Part shown: positions 52,504-63,096 of the stretch, piece by piece | How the letters are laid out: the number at the start of each line of letters is the position of its first letter | How positions within the stretch are numbered: the first letter of the stretch is position 1 | Assembly: GCA_050950825.1 (NCBI GenBank) | Contig: JBMNIH010000004.1 | Location: 1-64,000 of the forward strand | DNA from: Clostridia bacterium | GTDB lineage: Bacteria > Bacillota > Clostridia > JAAYHZ01 | DNA length: 64,000 nt | Direction: 5' to 3' | Made by a program: the position numbers and the translations under genes | The notes under the pieces: generated by a model | Told to the model about the DNA's origin: nothing | Seen by the model: only the letters and a program-made list of their open reading frames with translations | Database searches by the model: none

Positions 52504-53124
52504 TTAACGATCGTGCAGCAAAGCTTCAATTTGCTTCTTCGTTTTTTTATCGAGTATATCGCCGAATAGAGCGTTGGAAATAAAGGTTTCCGTTTCTTTC
52601 GTCCTATGCTCTTGCCGGATAATCAACAATACATTCAAAATGTCGGTCAGTATGGATTTTCGCATGGTTTCTTTAACCGCCGTGATGTCGTAGGAAATGA
52701 GCTTTGATGATATTTTTTCACAGAGGCTCGGTTTAACGGCTGCAATTTTTCCTAACGATTGAATACATTGACGCACGGTGATGGGCTTCGGATCGTAAAG
52801 ACATGCCATGAAATCATCAATGACATTTTCCATTTTGTTTTTCATATCCCATTTTACGTTTTCCGCAATCAACATAAGCCCTATGCTTCGTTGATAGGAA
52901 TTTTCGCTTTTTAATTTTTCATGAAAAAGCTCCCAAAAAGGATAAACATCATCGTACAAAGCCGATCGGCTCTGCAAAAGAAGAAATGCTTGGTAGCGAA
53001 TTTGATCATCCTTTAATGACAACCGGTCTACAAGCCGGGTAATATCGTCTTTCGTAAGTTCTTTACAAGCCTCGTGCAAATAGCTTTTCGGAATGGACAT
53101 GATACTTTCGATATCATTCAACAT
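52504..53124 (-). CDS. HEAT/ARM-repeat-like hypothetical protein
   Basis: Helical repeats NSYQRSIG and D.KPITVRQCIQ; RBS GGAGG. Confidence 0.7.
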   Translation of the reverse strand: MLNDIESIMSIPKSYLHEACKELTKDDITRLVDRLSLKDDQIRYQAFLLLQSRSALYDDVYPFWELFHEKLKSENSYQRSIGLMLIAENVKWDMKNKMENVIDDFMACLYDPKPITVRQCIQSLGKIAAVKPSLCEKISSKLISYDITAVKETMRKSILTDILNVLLIIRQEHRTKETETFISNALFGDILDKKTKKQIEALLHDR

Positions 53125-53297
53125 CAATTTATCCTCCGGATTAATATAATCATAGAATGACACTTTTAAAGTATTTTGGCAAGTAGAAGATCTTTATGAT
53201 CTTTTAGCTTTATGGTAATAATTGCAGATAAACTGTATAATAATATTGTCTTTCATATCTTTTATCGGAGGAACAATATTTTAGAGTAGAATTTGTT

Positions 53298-53981
53298 ATG
53301 GATAAAACGGATACGATCAAATCAACGTCAAAATTATCGATTACCTATCTTGTCATAGCCGTCTGCTGTACATTTGTTACCGTATTCGGTTTGCAGCTTT
53401 TTAATCGCCATTTGTTAATGTCCTATTCTTTGCCGATGCGTATGATTCTTATGATTATCACCCGATGGCTTTTAATTCTCGGACCGGGGATATTAATGGT
53501 TGTAAATAAAGAAAAGCTCGGCGATATCGGCTTTCAAAAAGATAAAATTCTAAAACAAATCGGCGTCGGTATATACCTAGCCTTTGCCATGTCCCTTGTT
53601 TTAACCGTTCTGCCGATTCTACTTGGGTTTAAGGATATGACGGGAAGTACAACATATACAAAGGCGTGGCAATTTACTTATCAATTCGTATATGACATCA
53701 TCGGAGTTGCGTTGACGGAAGAATTTATTTTTCGCGGTTACATATTTAAGAAATTGTTGGAGATAAGAAATTCGCGAAGATTTGCCATCCTCATATCGTC
53801 TCTTTTATTCGGACTGTTTCACATATTTAACGGCAATCTTATTCAAGTTTTCATGACCGCTTTTCTCGGTTTCCTGTTCTGCATGCTTCGAGAAAAAATC
53901 AAAGGCTGTACCTTGCTTTCGTTGATAATCGCCCACGGCATATACGATGCCTTGATAGTATTATGGGTTTCCATTTTATGA
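53298..53981 (+). CDS. CPBP (CAAX/Abi) intramembrane metalloprotease
   Basis: EEFIFRG, FGLFH, H..YD. Confidence 0.9.
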   Translation: MDKTDTIKSTSKLSITYLVIAVCCTFVTVFGLQLFNRHLLMSYSLPMRMILMIITRWLLILGPGILMVVNKEKLGDIGFQKDKILKQIGVGIYLAFAMSLVLTVLPILLGFKDMTGSTTYTKAWQFTYQFVYDIIGVALTEEFIFRGYIFKKLLEIRNSRRFAILISSLLFGLFHIFNGNLIQVFMTAFLGFLFCMLREKIKGCTLLSLIIAHGIYDALIVLWVSIL

Positions 53982-54045
53982 TGTTTAGGAGTATCAATCT
54001 GTGATAAAATTTCGGTGAAGTAAAAAATCAAGGAATCATAATAAA

Positions 54046-54462
54046 ATGGATTGGAAGACAATATACGAAGAAATAGCTAAAAGACACGATTACATCAAGC
54101 CCAACCCTCCGGCTACGGAGGAACGGATTCGAAAAGCGGAAAAGACATTAGGCTGTAAGCTGCCCCGTGACTTAAAAGAGCTTTTGCTTTTTATGAACGG
54201 GGATAATTGGTTTCTATTTTCAACGGAGCAAATGATCGAGGTCAATTTATCCGCTCGAGAGCAGGATTGCTTTATGCCTTTGGATTGCTTTTTGTTTTTT
54301 GCAGGCAACGGCTGCGGCGATTATTACGGTTTTCCGATTACAAAGCAAGACGGTGTGCGCGAAGATCTTGTATATCTTTGGGACCATGAATATGACAATC
54401 GCATATGGAAAGCCGACGGCTTGAAAGATGCCATAGAGAAGTACTACAACGACGAGATATAA
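54046..54462 (+). CDS. SMI1/KNR4 (SUKH) family protein
   Basis: PATEE.I..AE..LG.KLP.DL...NG, GNGCGDYY, WDHE. Confidence 0.88.
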   Translation: MDWKTIYEEIAKRHDYIKPNPPATEERIRKAEKTLGCKLPRDLKELLLFMNGDNWFLFSTEQMIEVNLSAREQDCFMPLDCFLFFAGNGCGDYYGFPITKQDGVREDLVYLWDHEYDNRIWKADGLKDAIEKYYNDEI

Positions 54463-54717
54463 ACGAAGGATTTATCTGCGGAGTCTGAATCGAGCTGAGA
54501 TTTTTGTTTATATGCAGATGTTACGGACCCTTTTTACGGTCGAACAAACTTTTTTTGGAATCTTTTTTTCTCCAAGTACTTGATTCATTACTATAGTCTT
54601 ATGATATGACGAAGTTATTATTCTTACTTATAAACCACATTAGTATAACTGCTTTGTTTATTATGTTGTATAATGCTATATTATTGGCATTAAGTTAATG
54701 CAAGGAGGAAAAAATGC

Positions 54718-55860
54718 ATGGATTGGAGTAATCTTGTACCGTTTATACTGGCGGTCGTGGCTGTAATCATTAACGGCGTACCTCAGCTGCTTTATGCTCA
54801 GGCTCGAGGCTTTGCTTTAAAGCCTGCCGGTTTCGCCTTTTTAATCGGAGGGATTGGGAACCTGCTTACCGGTTCGGTAACACCGATTTCCGCTCAAGCG
54901 GAAACCATTACCGTAGCCAGCGTTAAGAAGAATGTTAGAGATAATGTAAGTTCGATTCTTCTTGCCGCGGTGTTAATGATTGTTATTGCCGGTTTCGGTG
55001 GGGTCAATAAAATCTCGGATTTTGCAGGTGTAGCGATCGTATCCGGTATGATGAGCGGTGTAGGTCTGATTTTAGCCGGTGTTTCGTTGGACATGTTCAA
55101 TCAGGAAAGACGCGTTACGCTCGTTTCGATTGTTGCGGCGATTGCGACCTATGCCATTTTCTTTAACAACCCCAACAAGGTCGTTTGGACGATCTTTATC
55201 TCGGTTGTCGTGTCTACCGCCGACTTTTTGTTTTTGCAAAAACGCAGAGTCGATGTATCCGCTTCCGTTGAAGAAGGACGGGAATTTCTGGAGATGAGCA
55301 GCGAATGGCGTTTTTGGAAAAAAGAGTACTGGAGCGACTTTAAAATTATCAAACCGAGAATCAATGCAACGGTTATTTTAGGCGCTTTAAGCTTGGTTAT
55401 GCTCAACATCGGTGCCAACATTTCTTTTGGCGGTATTACCGCAAGCATCGCCGGTACCACACAAAACTTTGACTATCTTTCCGCCATCAATTCTTTGGCC
55501 GATTTCCCCAGCGCTTTGTTTGGAGGCCCGCCCATTGAAGCGATCATATCCGGAACTGCCGGTGCTCCGTGGCCTGTTGCCTGCGGTATCGTCTTCATGT
55601 TTGCCATGGGTATTTTGATTTTATTAGGAGTAATCGGACGGTTAGGTAAATATTTGCCCAGCCAAAGCATCGCCGGTTTCTTGCTTGTAATCGGTTTTGC
55701 TCTCACCTTTGCTCCGAATCTGAGCGCAGTAGCAAACTCCGACAACCCCATGAGCGGTTACATTGCCCTTGGCGTAACGGCTTGGTCTAAAAACCCCTTC
55801 ATTGGCATGGTGGTCGGTATTTTGGTTCGCTATTTCGGTATGTACGTCGGTCTGGTATAA
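54718..55860 (+). CDS. NCS2/AzgA-like nucleobase permease (divergent)
   Basis: Multi-TM, LFGGPPIE, co-transcribed with a PRTase. Confidence 0.65.
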   Translation: MDWSNLVPFILAVVAVIINGVPQLLYAQARGFALKPAGFAFLIGGIGNLLTGSVTPISAQAETITVASVKKNVRDNVSSILLAAVLMIVIAGFGGVNKISDFAGVAIVSGMMSGVGLILAGVSLDMFNQERRVTLVSIVAAIATYAIFFNNPNKVVWTIFISVVVSTADFLFLQKRRVDVSASVEEGREFLEMSSEWRFWKKEYWSDFKIIKPRINATVILGALSLVMLNIGANISFGGITASIAGTTQNFDYLSAINSLADFPSALFGGPPIEAIISGTAGAPWPVACGIVFMFAMGILILLGVIGRLGKYLPSQSIAGFLLVIGFALTFAPNLSAVANSDNPMSGYIALGVTAWSKNPFIGMVVGILVRYFGMYVGLV

Positions 55861-55900
55861 TAGGAAGCATGCAATGAATCTTAAGGAAGGAATGAAAAAT

Positions 55901-56485
55901 ATGCAAAATTCAAAATGGCCTTCTGTCTGGAAGGTACACATAGACGATGAACTTGTAATCGATTTGCCTTTGGTGGAGATAGGCAACGGTTTTTATATTT
56001 ATTCCTTTGATATGACCGGTGAGACAAAATGGAACAGGCATGCTGCAAAGGCGTTAACCAAAAAGCTGGCGGATTATGAGTACGACGGCTTTGTTACGGT
56101 ACAAACCAAATCCTCGGGTCTTTGCCAAGAGCTGGCTCGCGATATGGATTCTTATCTTGAACTGCGCAAATCCCGTAAATCCTTTATGAAGGATCCCAAG
56201 CATGTGGTATACGAATCCATCACAACCCAAGGGAAGCAAGAGCTGTGGGTCGGCAAAGAAAAATACGAACGGTTCCAAGGCAAAAAGCTTTGCTTCGTCG
56301 ATGACGTGGTGTCAACCGGTGGTACCGTGGATGCGGCCATGAGCATGGCAAAAGAAATCGGTTTTGAAATCTCCGTGATTGCATGTGTATTGACAGAAGG
56401 GGAGGAACGTACTCATTACAAGGGGATTCCTCTGATTTCACTGGGCAACATTCCTTTACCCGGTGTGATCGCGGATAACGAATAA
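55901..56485 (+). CDS. Type I phosphoribosyltransferase (Apt/Xpt-like)
   Basis: LRKSRK, ESITT, FVDDVVSTGGT. Confidence 0.85.
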   Translation: MQNSKWPSVWKVHIDDELVIDLPLVEIGNGFYIYSFDMTGETKWNRHAAKALTKKLADYEYDGFVTVQTKSSGLCQELARDMDSYLELRKSRKSFMKDPKHVVYESITTQGKQELWVGKEKYERFQGKKLCFVDDVVSTGGTVDAAMSMAKEIGFEISVIACVLTEGEERTHYKGIPLISLGNIPLPGVIADNE

Positions 56486-56528
56486 GTCTATGAATAAGCG
56501 AGGTATGCTTTAAATAGAGAAGTTTCTA

Positions 56529-56576
56529 GAAAAAGCCGGAAAAAAATGATGATGTTCATTCTTTTCCGGCTTTTTC
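56529..56576. terminator. Bidirectional terminator
   Basis: GAAAAAGCCGGAAAA / TTTTCCGGCTTTTTC between convergent genes. Confidence 0.8.
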
Positions 56577-56599
56577 GTTGCTTTTCAATCAAAGAAACA

Positions 56600-58471
56600 T
56601 TAATCCTCCGCATGAAGCTCCGTCAACTCGCACTTCATGCTTTCGTACGTGTTCAATTTGATTCCGTATTTATCCAAGTCCACCCCGCTTATTTTTTCTC
56701 CGTTCAGCACATAGGTCTTGCCGGGATCCGTAACCGGATACAATACCGTATATTCTTGAGTCGAATACCGGATGAAGGTGAGAATTTTCAGCACCGATAA
56801 ATCGGAATCGGCGAATTGAAAGGAAGTTATCGTATCGGTGTCCGATAGGATTCGACATTCCGCATTCATGTAAAACGCTCTTTCGTTCTTGTATCGAGCG
56901 ATATGATTTTTCAATAATTCTAGAGCGGCAGGGGAGAGCTTTGTCAGATCGCAGCTGATTCCCAAAGGACTTGCGCTCAAAAAACCGGTCAGCCACGAGG
57001 GTCTTACGCTGCCGATACGGTCCCATACGGCATCGTGGGTTGTCAGAATTTTTTCGGTTGTACCGCCTCCGTAATGGGGAGTGAAATCCGTAAGGGAACG
57101 TATAACCGCCCATTTTTCGATCCATTGAGGGGGCATCCTCAGCAGGGTATCTCGGAAAATGCGTATTCCTTCGTACGCACATTGGTTATCGGAAAGCCAG
57201 AAGCTGTCAAAAAGAAGCCCGTTGGCAAGCTCCATTCGCATACCGCCGGAGGCACAATTCGTAAGATAAAGATCGGGGTGACGTTTTTTCAGTTCACGGA
57301 TAAATTCGATATAGCCTTTATAATACCCGATAAATGCTTGAGAATCGGTATCGTCAAAAATATTCGCGTTAAAATCGAACTTGATGTAATCAATGGAATA
57401 GCGCCGGATCCTGTCGTCAAGAAGGTCCAATATATAGTTCGTTGCCTTCGGATTGGCGAAATTCACGAAGTATTGGCCGCGGTAGGGGATATAGTAATCG
57501 GGGTGAAGCTTTACCGATTCGGAATCCGCTACGGCTCTTTCGATCTCAAACCAAAGCCCGAACTTCATGCCCATTTCGTGGACCTTTTCGGAGAATTCCT
57601 TCATGCGCCCTGCAAAGGCTCCGTTTTGGTTTTCTTTCCAATCTCCGACGCATGCCCACCATCTTCCTACCTCTCCGTACCAGCCTGCATCCACAATGAA
57701 ATATTCGACGCCGATCTGCGATGCTAAAATCGCCTGTTCAAGGAGAGTATCGTATGTAAATCGGTCAAACGTTGCGAGCCACGTGTTGTATAGAACCGGC
57801 AAGGAACGTCTCGGATATCGCTTGTTCATATATCGATGCAGCTTGTAGCAATCAAGATCCGTCTTATTACGGAATTCATAATAGATGATTTTTGAATATT
57901 CCAAGCTTTCTGCCGGGACAAGCTTTAAAGCAAACGATTTTGCATGAGGTCCCATGACGATTTCCACTTGGCATTTTCCGCCGCCCAAGTCAACCCGCTG
58001 CACGCTCATCATCCATGAATACGTCGCCGGAAGGTGGAATACGATTCCGCGATTGCTTTGGCGATTCCAAACGGCCATCACGGGTGCCGCGCCTACCGCC
58101 GTCCGGACGCTGTCGACCCTTGAATAGACACCCGTTACCAGCGGCTGCCACCCTCCCGCGCTTTCCTTTTGCCAAAGGTTGTACTGTGTATAAATCTCGT
58201 AATCGCCGTCGGGAAGCACGAACTTCGATTTGATCGAGGTCAGCGTAACGAGAGAATCCGACTTGTTGGTGACCGTATCGCGACGAAGGTATACCCCGTT
58301 TTCGTCTGCATCGATTTCGGCCGTCATAACAACGGAATCGGTTCGATAAGTATAATGGATTCCGTCGGCTTTAAACTCTTCTTGACCCGGTATAAAATCG
58401 CCTGCCGTCTCGAATAAATCGGAAGGACCCTGAATTTTAAATACCGGAAGCTGCCTTTTCATATCTATCAC
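56600..58471 (-). CDS. GH36 alpha-galactosidase
   Basis: YNTW, FIVDAGW, GDW, FGLWFE.E, YIKFDFN, CASGG.R, W.SD. Confidence 0.9.
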   Translation of the reverse strand: MIDMKRQLPVFKIQGPSDLFETAGDFIPGQEEFKADGIHYTYRTDSVVMTAEIDADENGVYLRRDTVTNKSDSLVTLTSIKSKFVLPDGDYEIYTQYNLWQKESAGGWQPLVTGVYSRVDSVRTAVGAAPVMAVWNRQSNRGIVFHLPATYSWMMSVQRVDLGGGKCQVEIVMGPHAKSFALKLVPAESLEYSKIIYYEFRNKTDLDCYKLHRYMNKRYPRRSLPVLYNTWLATFDRFTYDTLLEQAILASQIGVEYFIVDAGWYGEVGRWWACVGDWKENQNGAFAGRMKEFSEKVHEMGMKFGLWFEIERAVADSESVKLHPDYYIPYRGQYFVNFANPKATNYILDLLDDRIRRYSIDYIKFDFNANIFDDTDSQAFIGYYKGYIEFIRELKKRHPDLYLTNCASGGMRMELANGLLFDSFWLSDNQCAYEGIRIFRDTLLRMPPQWIEKWAVIRSLTDFTPHYGGGTTEKILTTHDAVWDRIGSVRPSWLTGFLSASPLGISCDLTKLSPAALELLKNHIARYKNERAFYMNAECRILSDTDTITSFQFADSDLSVLKILTFIRYSTQEYTVLYPVTDPGKTYVLNGEKISGVDLDKYGIKLNTYESMKCELTELHAED

Positions 58472-58683
58472 CCGCCTTTAATAAATTCGTTAAAAATTGC
58501 TATTTTTAGTAACCGTGCTCGCTTTGATTATAACAAAGAGTGTATCAATCGTAAATAATACCGTTTATTCATGGCCTTACGATTGGCTTGCGAAATTGCT
58601 TGACTGTAAAGCGAATCGTTCATACAATGAAGACCGACAAAGGTACGTAGGATCTTAAGAAAGTCATGAAACGAGGACGGAGG

Positions 58684-59586
58684 ATGGATTTTTCAATTTT
58701 AAAGAATTGCACTTTATGCCCGAGGGAATGCCGGACAGACAGAACGGCGGGAAAATTAGGGTATTGCAGGGCTTCCGATCAATTAAAGGTGGCAAGGGCG
58801 GCACTTCATATGTGGGAGGAGCCTTGCATATCCGGTGAAGAAGGCTCCGGTACGGTATTTTTCACAGGCTGCGCTTTGGGTTGTGTGTATTGCCAAAACC
58901 GCCAAATATCGAAGGGCTCGGCAGGAAAGGTCATTACGATCGAAAGGCTTGCGGATATTTTCTTGGAGCTACAAAAAATGGGCGCGAACAATATCAATCT
59001 GGTCACTCCGAGTCACTATGTCCTTCATATTATTGAAGCCTTGGATATTTCGAAAAGAAAAGGACTTACGCTGCCCGTCGTATACAATTGCAGCGGATAC
59101 GAGAAAACGGAAACCCTCAAGCTTCTTGAAGGATATGTGGATATTTACTTGCCCGATTTCAAATACATGTCGGAGGAGCCGGCTATAAAGTATTCGAATT
59201 GCAAAAACTATTTTCCGATAGCGGCAAAGGCCGTCGAGGAAATGGTCCGACAGGTAAGCGAAACACAATTCGATGACCGAGGCATCATGCAAAAAGGGGT
59301 CATCGTAAGGCATTTGACGCTGCCGGGATATCTTGAGGACTCCAAAAGGATTGTAAAATACCTGTACGAGACCTACAAGGACCGAATATTCTTAAGCATC
59401 ATGAACCAATATACCCCGATCGTAAAGAACACCCCGTACCCCGAGCTTAATCGAAGGATAACCGAAGAAGAATACGAGGAGCTTATCGATTATGCCATCG
59501 ATATCGGCGTTGAGAACGGGTTTATCCAAGAAGGGGAAACGGCTTCGGAAAGCTTTATCCCGGATTTTAACGGAGAAGGCGTATAA
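58684..59586 (+). CDS. Radical SAM protein (PflX/COG1313-like)
   Basis: CTLCPREC, EEPCISG..GSGTVFF.GC.L.CVYCQN, DIYLPDFKY. Confidence 0.9.
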   Translation: MDFSILKNCTLCPRECRTDRTAGKLGYCRASDQLKVARAALHMWEEPCISGEEGSGTVFFTGCALGCVYCQNRQISKGSAGKVITIERLADIFLELQKMGANNINLVTPSHYVLHIIEALDISKRKGLTLPVVYNCSGYEKTETLKLLEGYVDIYLPDFKYMSEEPAIKYSNCKNYFPIAAKAVEEMVRQVSETQFDDRGIMQKGVIVRHLTLPGYLEDSKRIVKYLYETYKDRIFLSIMNQYTPIVKNTPYPELNRRITEEEYEELIDYAIDIGVENGFIQEGETASESFIPDFNGEGV

Positions 59587-59610
59587 GCAAAAAGATTTTT
59601 TGTATTTGCC

Positions 59611-59838
59611 TTATTCCTTAAATTCATAGCCTTTTGCCGCAAATGCTTCTTTGATCTTTTCCATGGGTATATTTTTCATGGCGGCACCCTTAGGGATCGT
59701 CATAAAACGCCCTGCGGTTTTCATCATGGCGGGGTTGGTAATGTTCTCAAACCCCAAGTCTCTCATGATATCAACAACCTCGGGATATTCTTTGCATATT
59801 TCAGAAACGCTTTTGGACAAATCGATGGCTTTGCTCAC
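59611..59838 (-). CDS. DUF1858 domain protein
   Basis: YPEV..IM..LGF..I.NP.M..TAGR.MT. Confidence 0.85.
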   Translation of the reverse strand: MSKAIDLSKSVSEICKEYPEVVDIMRDLGFENITNPAMMKTAGRFMTIPKGAAMKNIPMEKIKEAFAAKGYEFKE

Positions 59839-59920
59839 GGTACCGACCTCCTTTAAAGACGTTCTTTTCTTAAATTATACCAAATCCGGATTGGCCTCGT
59901 AAACCATGCTCCGTATCCCG

Positions 59921-61192
59921 TTAAATCGTCGCTTGGAATATAAACAGGCCGTCTTTTACGGTAAACCGGCAAATACCGCCGTATTTTTCCACGATACAAG
60001 CCATACTTTTCGTGCCGTAGCCGTGACCTTCCTCCTTGGATACGGGAAGCCCTTGGTCGAATACGGGCTCGATCTTGTAGCTGTTTTGGATATCCATACA
60101 AAGCTTGTTATTTTTCGAATACAAGCGAAGATTGATAAGCCGTCTGTCGCTTTCGGCAAAGAGGCTGCATGCATTGATGGCGTTTTCCAATGCATTGGAC
60201 AAAAGCGAGCAAAGCTCCGTCTCGCTAAAAGGCAAGGCTTCGGGAAGCTTGGCATCGATCGAAAGCCGGATATCCGATTGCTTGGCCTTCGCTGCAAAAG
60301 AAGACAGAATCAGATTCACCGTTTCGTTTTCGCAATAGCGAGTCGGCGTGATGGCATCCAAGTCGGCTTGGGCAACCTTTAAGTATTCTTTGATTTCTTC
60401 GATTCGACCTTTTGATGCCAAGCCCTGCAAAAGCGCCAAATGGTGGCGCATATCGTGGCGGTAGGCCGCCGCGTTCTGCTGCATTTGCTTTAAAGATTCA
60501 AACTCCGTCCGAGCTTGTCGAAAACGGGTGTCCAGCATATCCTTTTCTCTTTGGATAGCGGCTTTTCTTTTCATTTCCTCGTAGTAGAGCAGGGCGAAGA
60601 TAAGATAGAAGGATGCCGAAACAAAGGGCATAAATTGAATGGCTACCCGCGATCCCGTGTATAGAAAATCGGTATAAACACCGGAGATGTATTCGAAAAT
60701 ATAATATAAAACAGGCATGGCCCCAAGGAGCAGGCAGGTTTTCTCGGAACGCTCGATTAAGGGACGAAACGATTCAAATACGTATTTGTATAGATAATAA
60801 TAAATGATAAAAGCCGCAATGATGTATGTAATGTGATTCGCGGTAACGCTTTGAGTAAGAGCGTTTGCCACGCTGCCGACCCAGCGGGGAAGCTGGCTGC
60901 AAAGATAAGAAACGGCGATGCACGTTACGGAAAACACCCAAGAACGCTTCATGTAAAAAACGATAAAGAAAACAAGAGGGATGTGAGACAATACGGGATA
61001 AAGCTTTAAAACGTTGTCAAAGCCGAACAGCAGCAAAGCGATGAGTTGTAAAATAAACAAAGCGTTGGTCATAATCCCTATGGCCAAAATGTTTTTCTTC
61101 GTACGCTCCAAGCCTGCAAAACTCACGGCTACGGTTGTTCCGAACAATAGGACAAACCAATAGCGGCAAAACTCGATAATATTGGCAAACAT
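59921..61192 (-). CDS. GHKL (AgrC-like) sensor histidine kinase
   Basis: Multi-TM, YRHDMRHH, NALENA..A, GHGYG.KS. Confidence 0.9.
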   Translation of the reverse strand: MFANIIEFCRYWFVLLFGTTVAVSFAGLERTKKNILAIGIMTNALFILQLIALLLFGFDNVLKLYPVLSHIPLVFFIVFYMKRSWVFSVTCIAVSYLCSQLPRWVGSVANALTQSVTANHITYIIAAFIIYYYLYKYVFESFRPLIERSEKTCLLLGAMPVLYYIFEYISGVYTDFLYTGSRVAIQFMPFVSASFYLIFALLYYEEMKRKAAIQREKDMLDTRFRQARTEFESLKQMQQNAAAYRHDMRHHLALLQGLASKGRIEEIKEYLKVAQADLDAITPTRYCENETVNLILSSFAAKAKQSDIRLSIDAKLPEALPFSETELCSLLSNALENAINACSLFAESDRRLINLRLYSKNNKLCMDIQNSYKIEPVFDQGLPVSKEEGHGYGTKSMACIVEKYGGICRFTVKDGLFIFQATI

Positions 61193-61235
61193 GAAATCAT
61201 CCTTTCTTGGCGGATGGCCAAAGAAAACCCTTTCT

Positions 61236-61959
61236 TTATTCCTCTTCCATTTGATAAGCCAAATACCGGTGCTTAATTTCTTTCCCTTTGCCTTGGGCAA
61301 CGGGGACCGACCCGCCGGTTTGAAGCGTCACCCTATGATCATCAATGGTATCCACATACTGCATATTGACGATAGGAACGGTGGGTTTTTACGAAATGTC
61401 CGAACTTCATCAAAAGGTCACAAACGGGAGAAAAAGGCTCCGTACATTCGATGACCTTCCCGGAAAGCAAATGGTATAATACTTTTCTTCCGGTGACCTC
61501 GGCAAATACCAAACCGGAAACCAAGATTCTTTGAATTCCGTCGCTGCTCTTGACGACAATGGCATCCTCGTCATTTTTCACCTTTACCTGTTCCAGCATT
61601 TCGTCAAAGGTAATGAAAAATTTCTCCTTGGATATCGGCTTTAATATGTAGTTAAAAGCTTTTACCGAATAGCTTTCCAATGCAAATTCGACGGATGACG
61701 TAAAAAACATGATCGGCGCCGTCTTGTCAAAGGAACGAATCTCCTTTGCGACATCCATGCCCGTAAAGCCCGGCATCAGAATATCCAAGCAATAGATATC
61801 GAACCGTTTGCCTTTTTCCAATGCGGACACCAATTCAAAACCATTTGTGAAGACGGCGTATTCACAGCCCAGATGTCTTTCCGCCCGATACAGGTTTAAG
61901 AGCCGCACCATGGCGGACAGGTCTTCAATATTGTCGTCACAAACCGCGATTTGCAGCAT
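61236..61959 (-). pseudogene. LytTR response regulator with a frameshift at ~61372
   Basis: AVCDD, LDI.M, YILKP; HRSY continues as VNMQYV...AYQMEEE* in another frame (probable loss of 2 nt from TATATC). Confidence 0.85.
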
Positions 61960-62026
61960 TTTCTTTCCTCCGTTTTAACAATATACGGTTAATTCAGTTT
62001 AACACGAATGACCGGGTCTGAAAATA

Positions 62027-62060
62027 TGTTTCATGTCAAAAAAAACGTTTTTCATACAAG
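62027..62060 (+). promoter_or_regulatory. Candidate LytTR binding direct repeats
   Basis: TTTCAT at 62029 and 62050 (21-nt period), upstream of a TATAAC -10-like box. Confidence 0.45.
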
Positions 62061-62493
62061 AAAATTAACAAACACCCCAAAATTCTATATAACTCTCGAA
62101 GGGAAAGACCGTCTCTTTCCTTTAACACAAAGAACATATGAAGCGTAAAAACGATTGTTATCCGGTGTGATGCTTACGAAACTTATTGATTTACAGCCTG
62201 AGAAGATAAGGAGGAAAACGAATTAAAAACCTTAACTTCCGATATCGTGAACAATCCGAAGCTTTGTTTGGGATATCATGCTTCGAAACAATGAAAAAAC
62301 CGAATGATCATTCGAAAGATTGACTTTTCGGATTTCGATACGGACGATGCGAAGTTAATCCTTTCGGCTACCGAGGGAGAAGACTTTAGGGCATATATAA
62401 ATGAATAACTATGATTCGAACCCTGCTGTTCTATATGACAGGTCGGCGAAGCCTTTTGCCGACCTGTCGGAAACTTTTGGAGGTAATAAAAAC

Positions 62494-63009
62494 ATGCTGC
62501 CTACGATCATTGCCATAACCGCTATAGTTGCACTCATTGTCGTTTGGGGTATTTCCGTGCAGCGCAGACTGATCCGTCTTGATGAGAATATTGCAAGCGC
62601 CATGAACCAAATCGGAGTACAGATGTCGAGCCGATTTGATGCCCTTACGGCTCTTTTGGCTTTAACAAACGGCTATGCGGAGCGAGAAATCGAGGCTCTT
62701 TTGAAAACAATTAAGGCCAAAAGAAAATTGATAACGGCAAAATCGACACCGAATGACGTGCTTAGCCAAGAAAAACTGATAACCGAGTCCTTAGATCGGC
62801 TTGCCGAGGTTGCAAAGCGGCATCCCGAGCTAAAAGCAAACCCGAGCTATATCAAAATGCTGGATGCGGTAGAAGCCTTTTCAAATATGGTGCGCACCAG
62901 CTGCCTGATATACAACGAAAGCGTATCAAATCTGAATCGTGAAATCCGGATGTTCCCGAATTCCGCCATTGCAGGCCCCTTAGGATTAAAACCGAGGGAA
63001 TATTTCTAA
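62494..63009 (+). CDS. LemA family protein
   Basis: N-terminal TM, QIGVQ.SSR.D, PELKAN, YN..V..LN..IRMFP; RBS GGAGG. Confidence 0.85.
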   Translation: MLPTIIAITAIVALIVVWGISVQRRLIRLDENIASAMNQIGVQMSSRFDALTALLALTNGYAEREIEALLKTIKAKRKLITAKSTPNDVLSQEKLITESLDRLAEVAKRHPELKANPSYIKMLDAVEAFSNMVRTSCLIYNESVSNLNREIRMFPNSAIAGPLGLKPREYF

Positions 63010-63096
63010 AAACGGATTCCACCTGCTTCGTTTTACGACCGAAGCAGTGAATATATAAACGGACTTGTGTCCTTTAAAAACTATACGGAGGGATTT

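Noticed and set aside
54480-54717. Purine riboswitch upstream of the permease-PRTase pair
   Set aside because: No TATGG/GTTTCTACC/CCGTAAA core present.
62340-62432. c-di-GMP-II or c-di-AMP riboswitch call for part of the lemA leader
   Set aside because: Only fragments match (GGGCA, CGAACCC); the remaining conserved cores are absent, so it is left as an unassigned candidate RNA.
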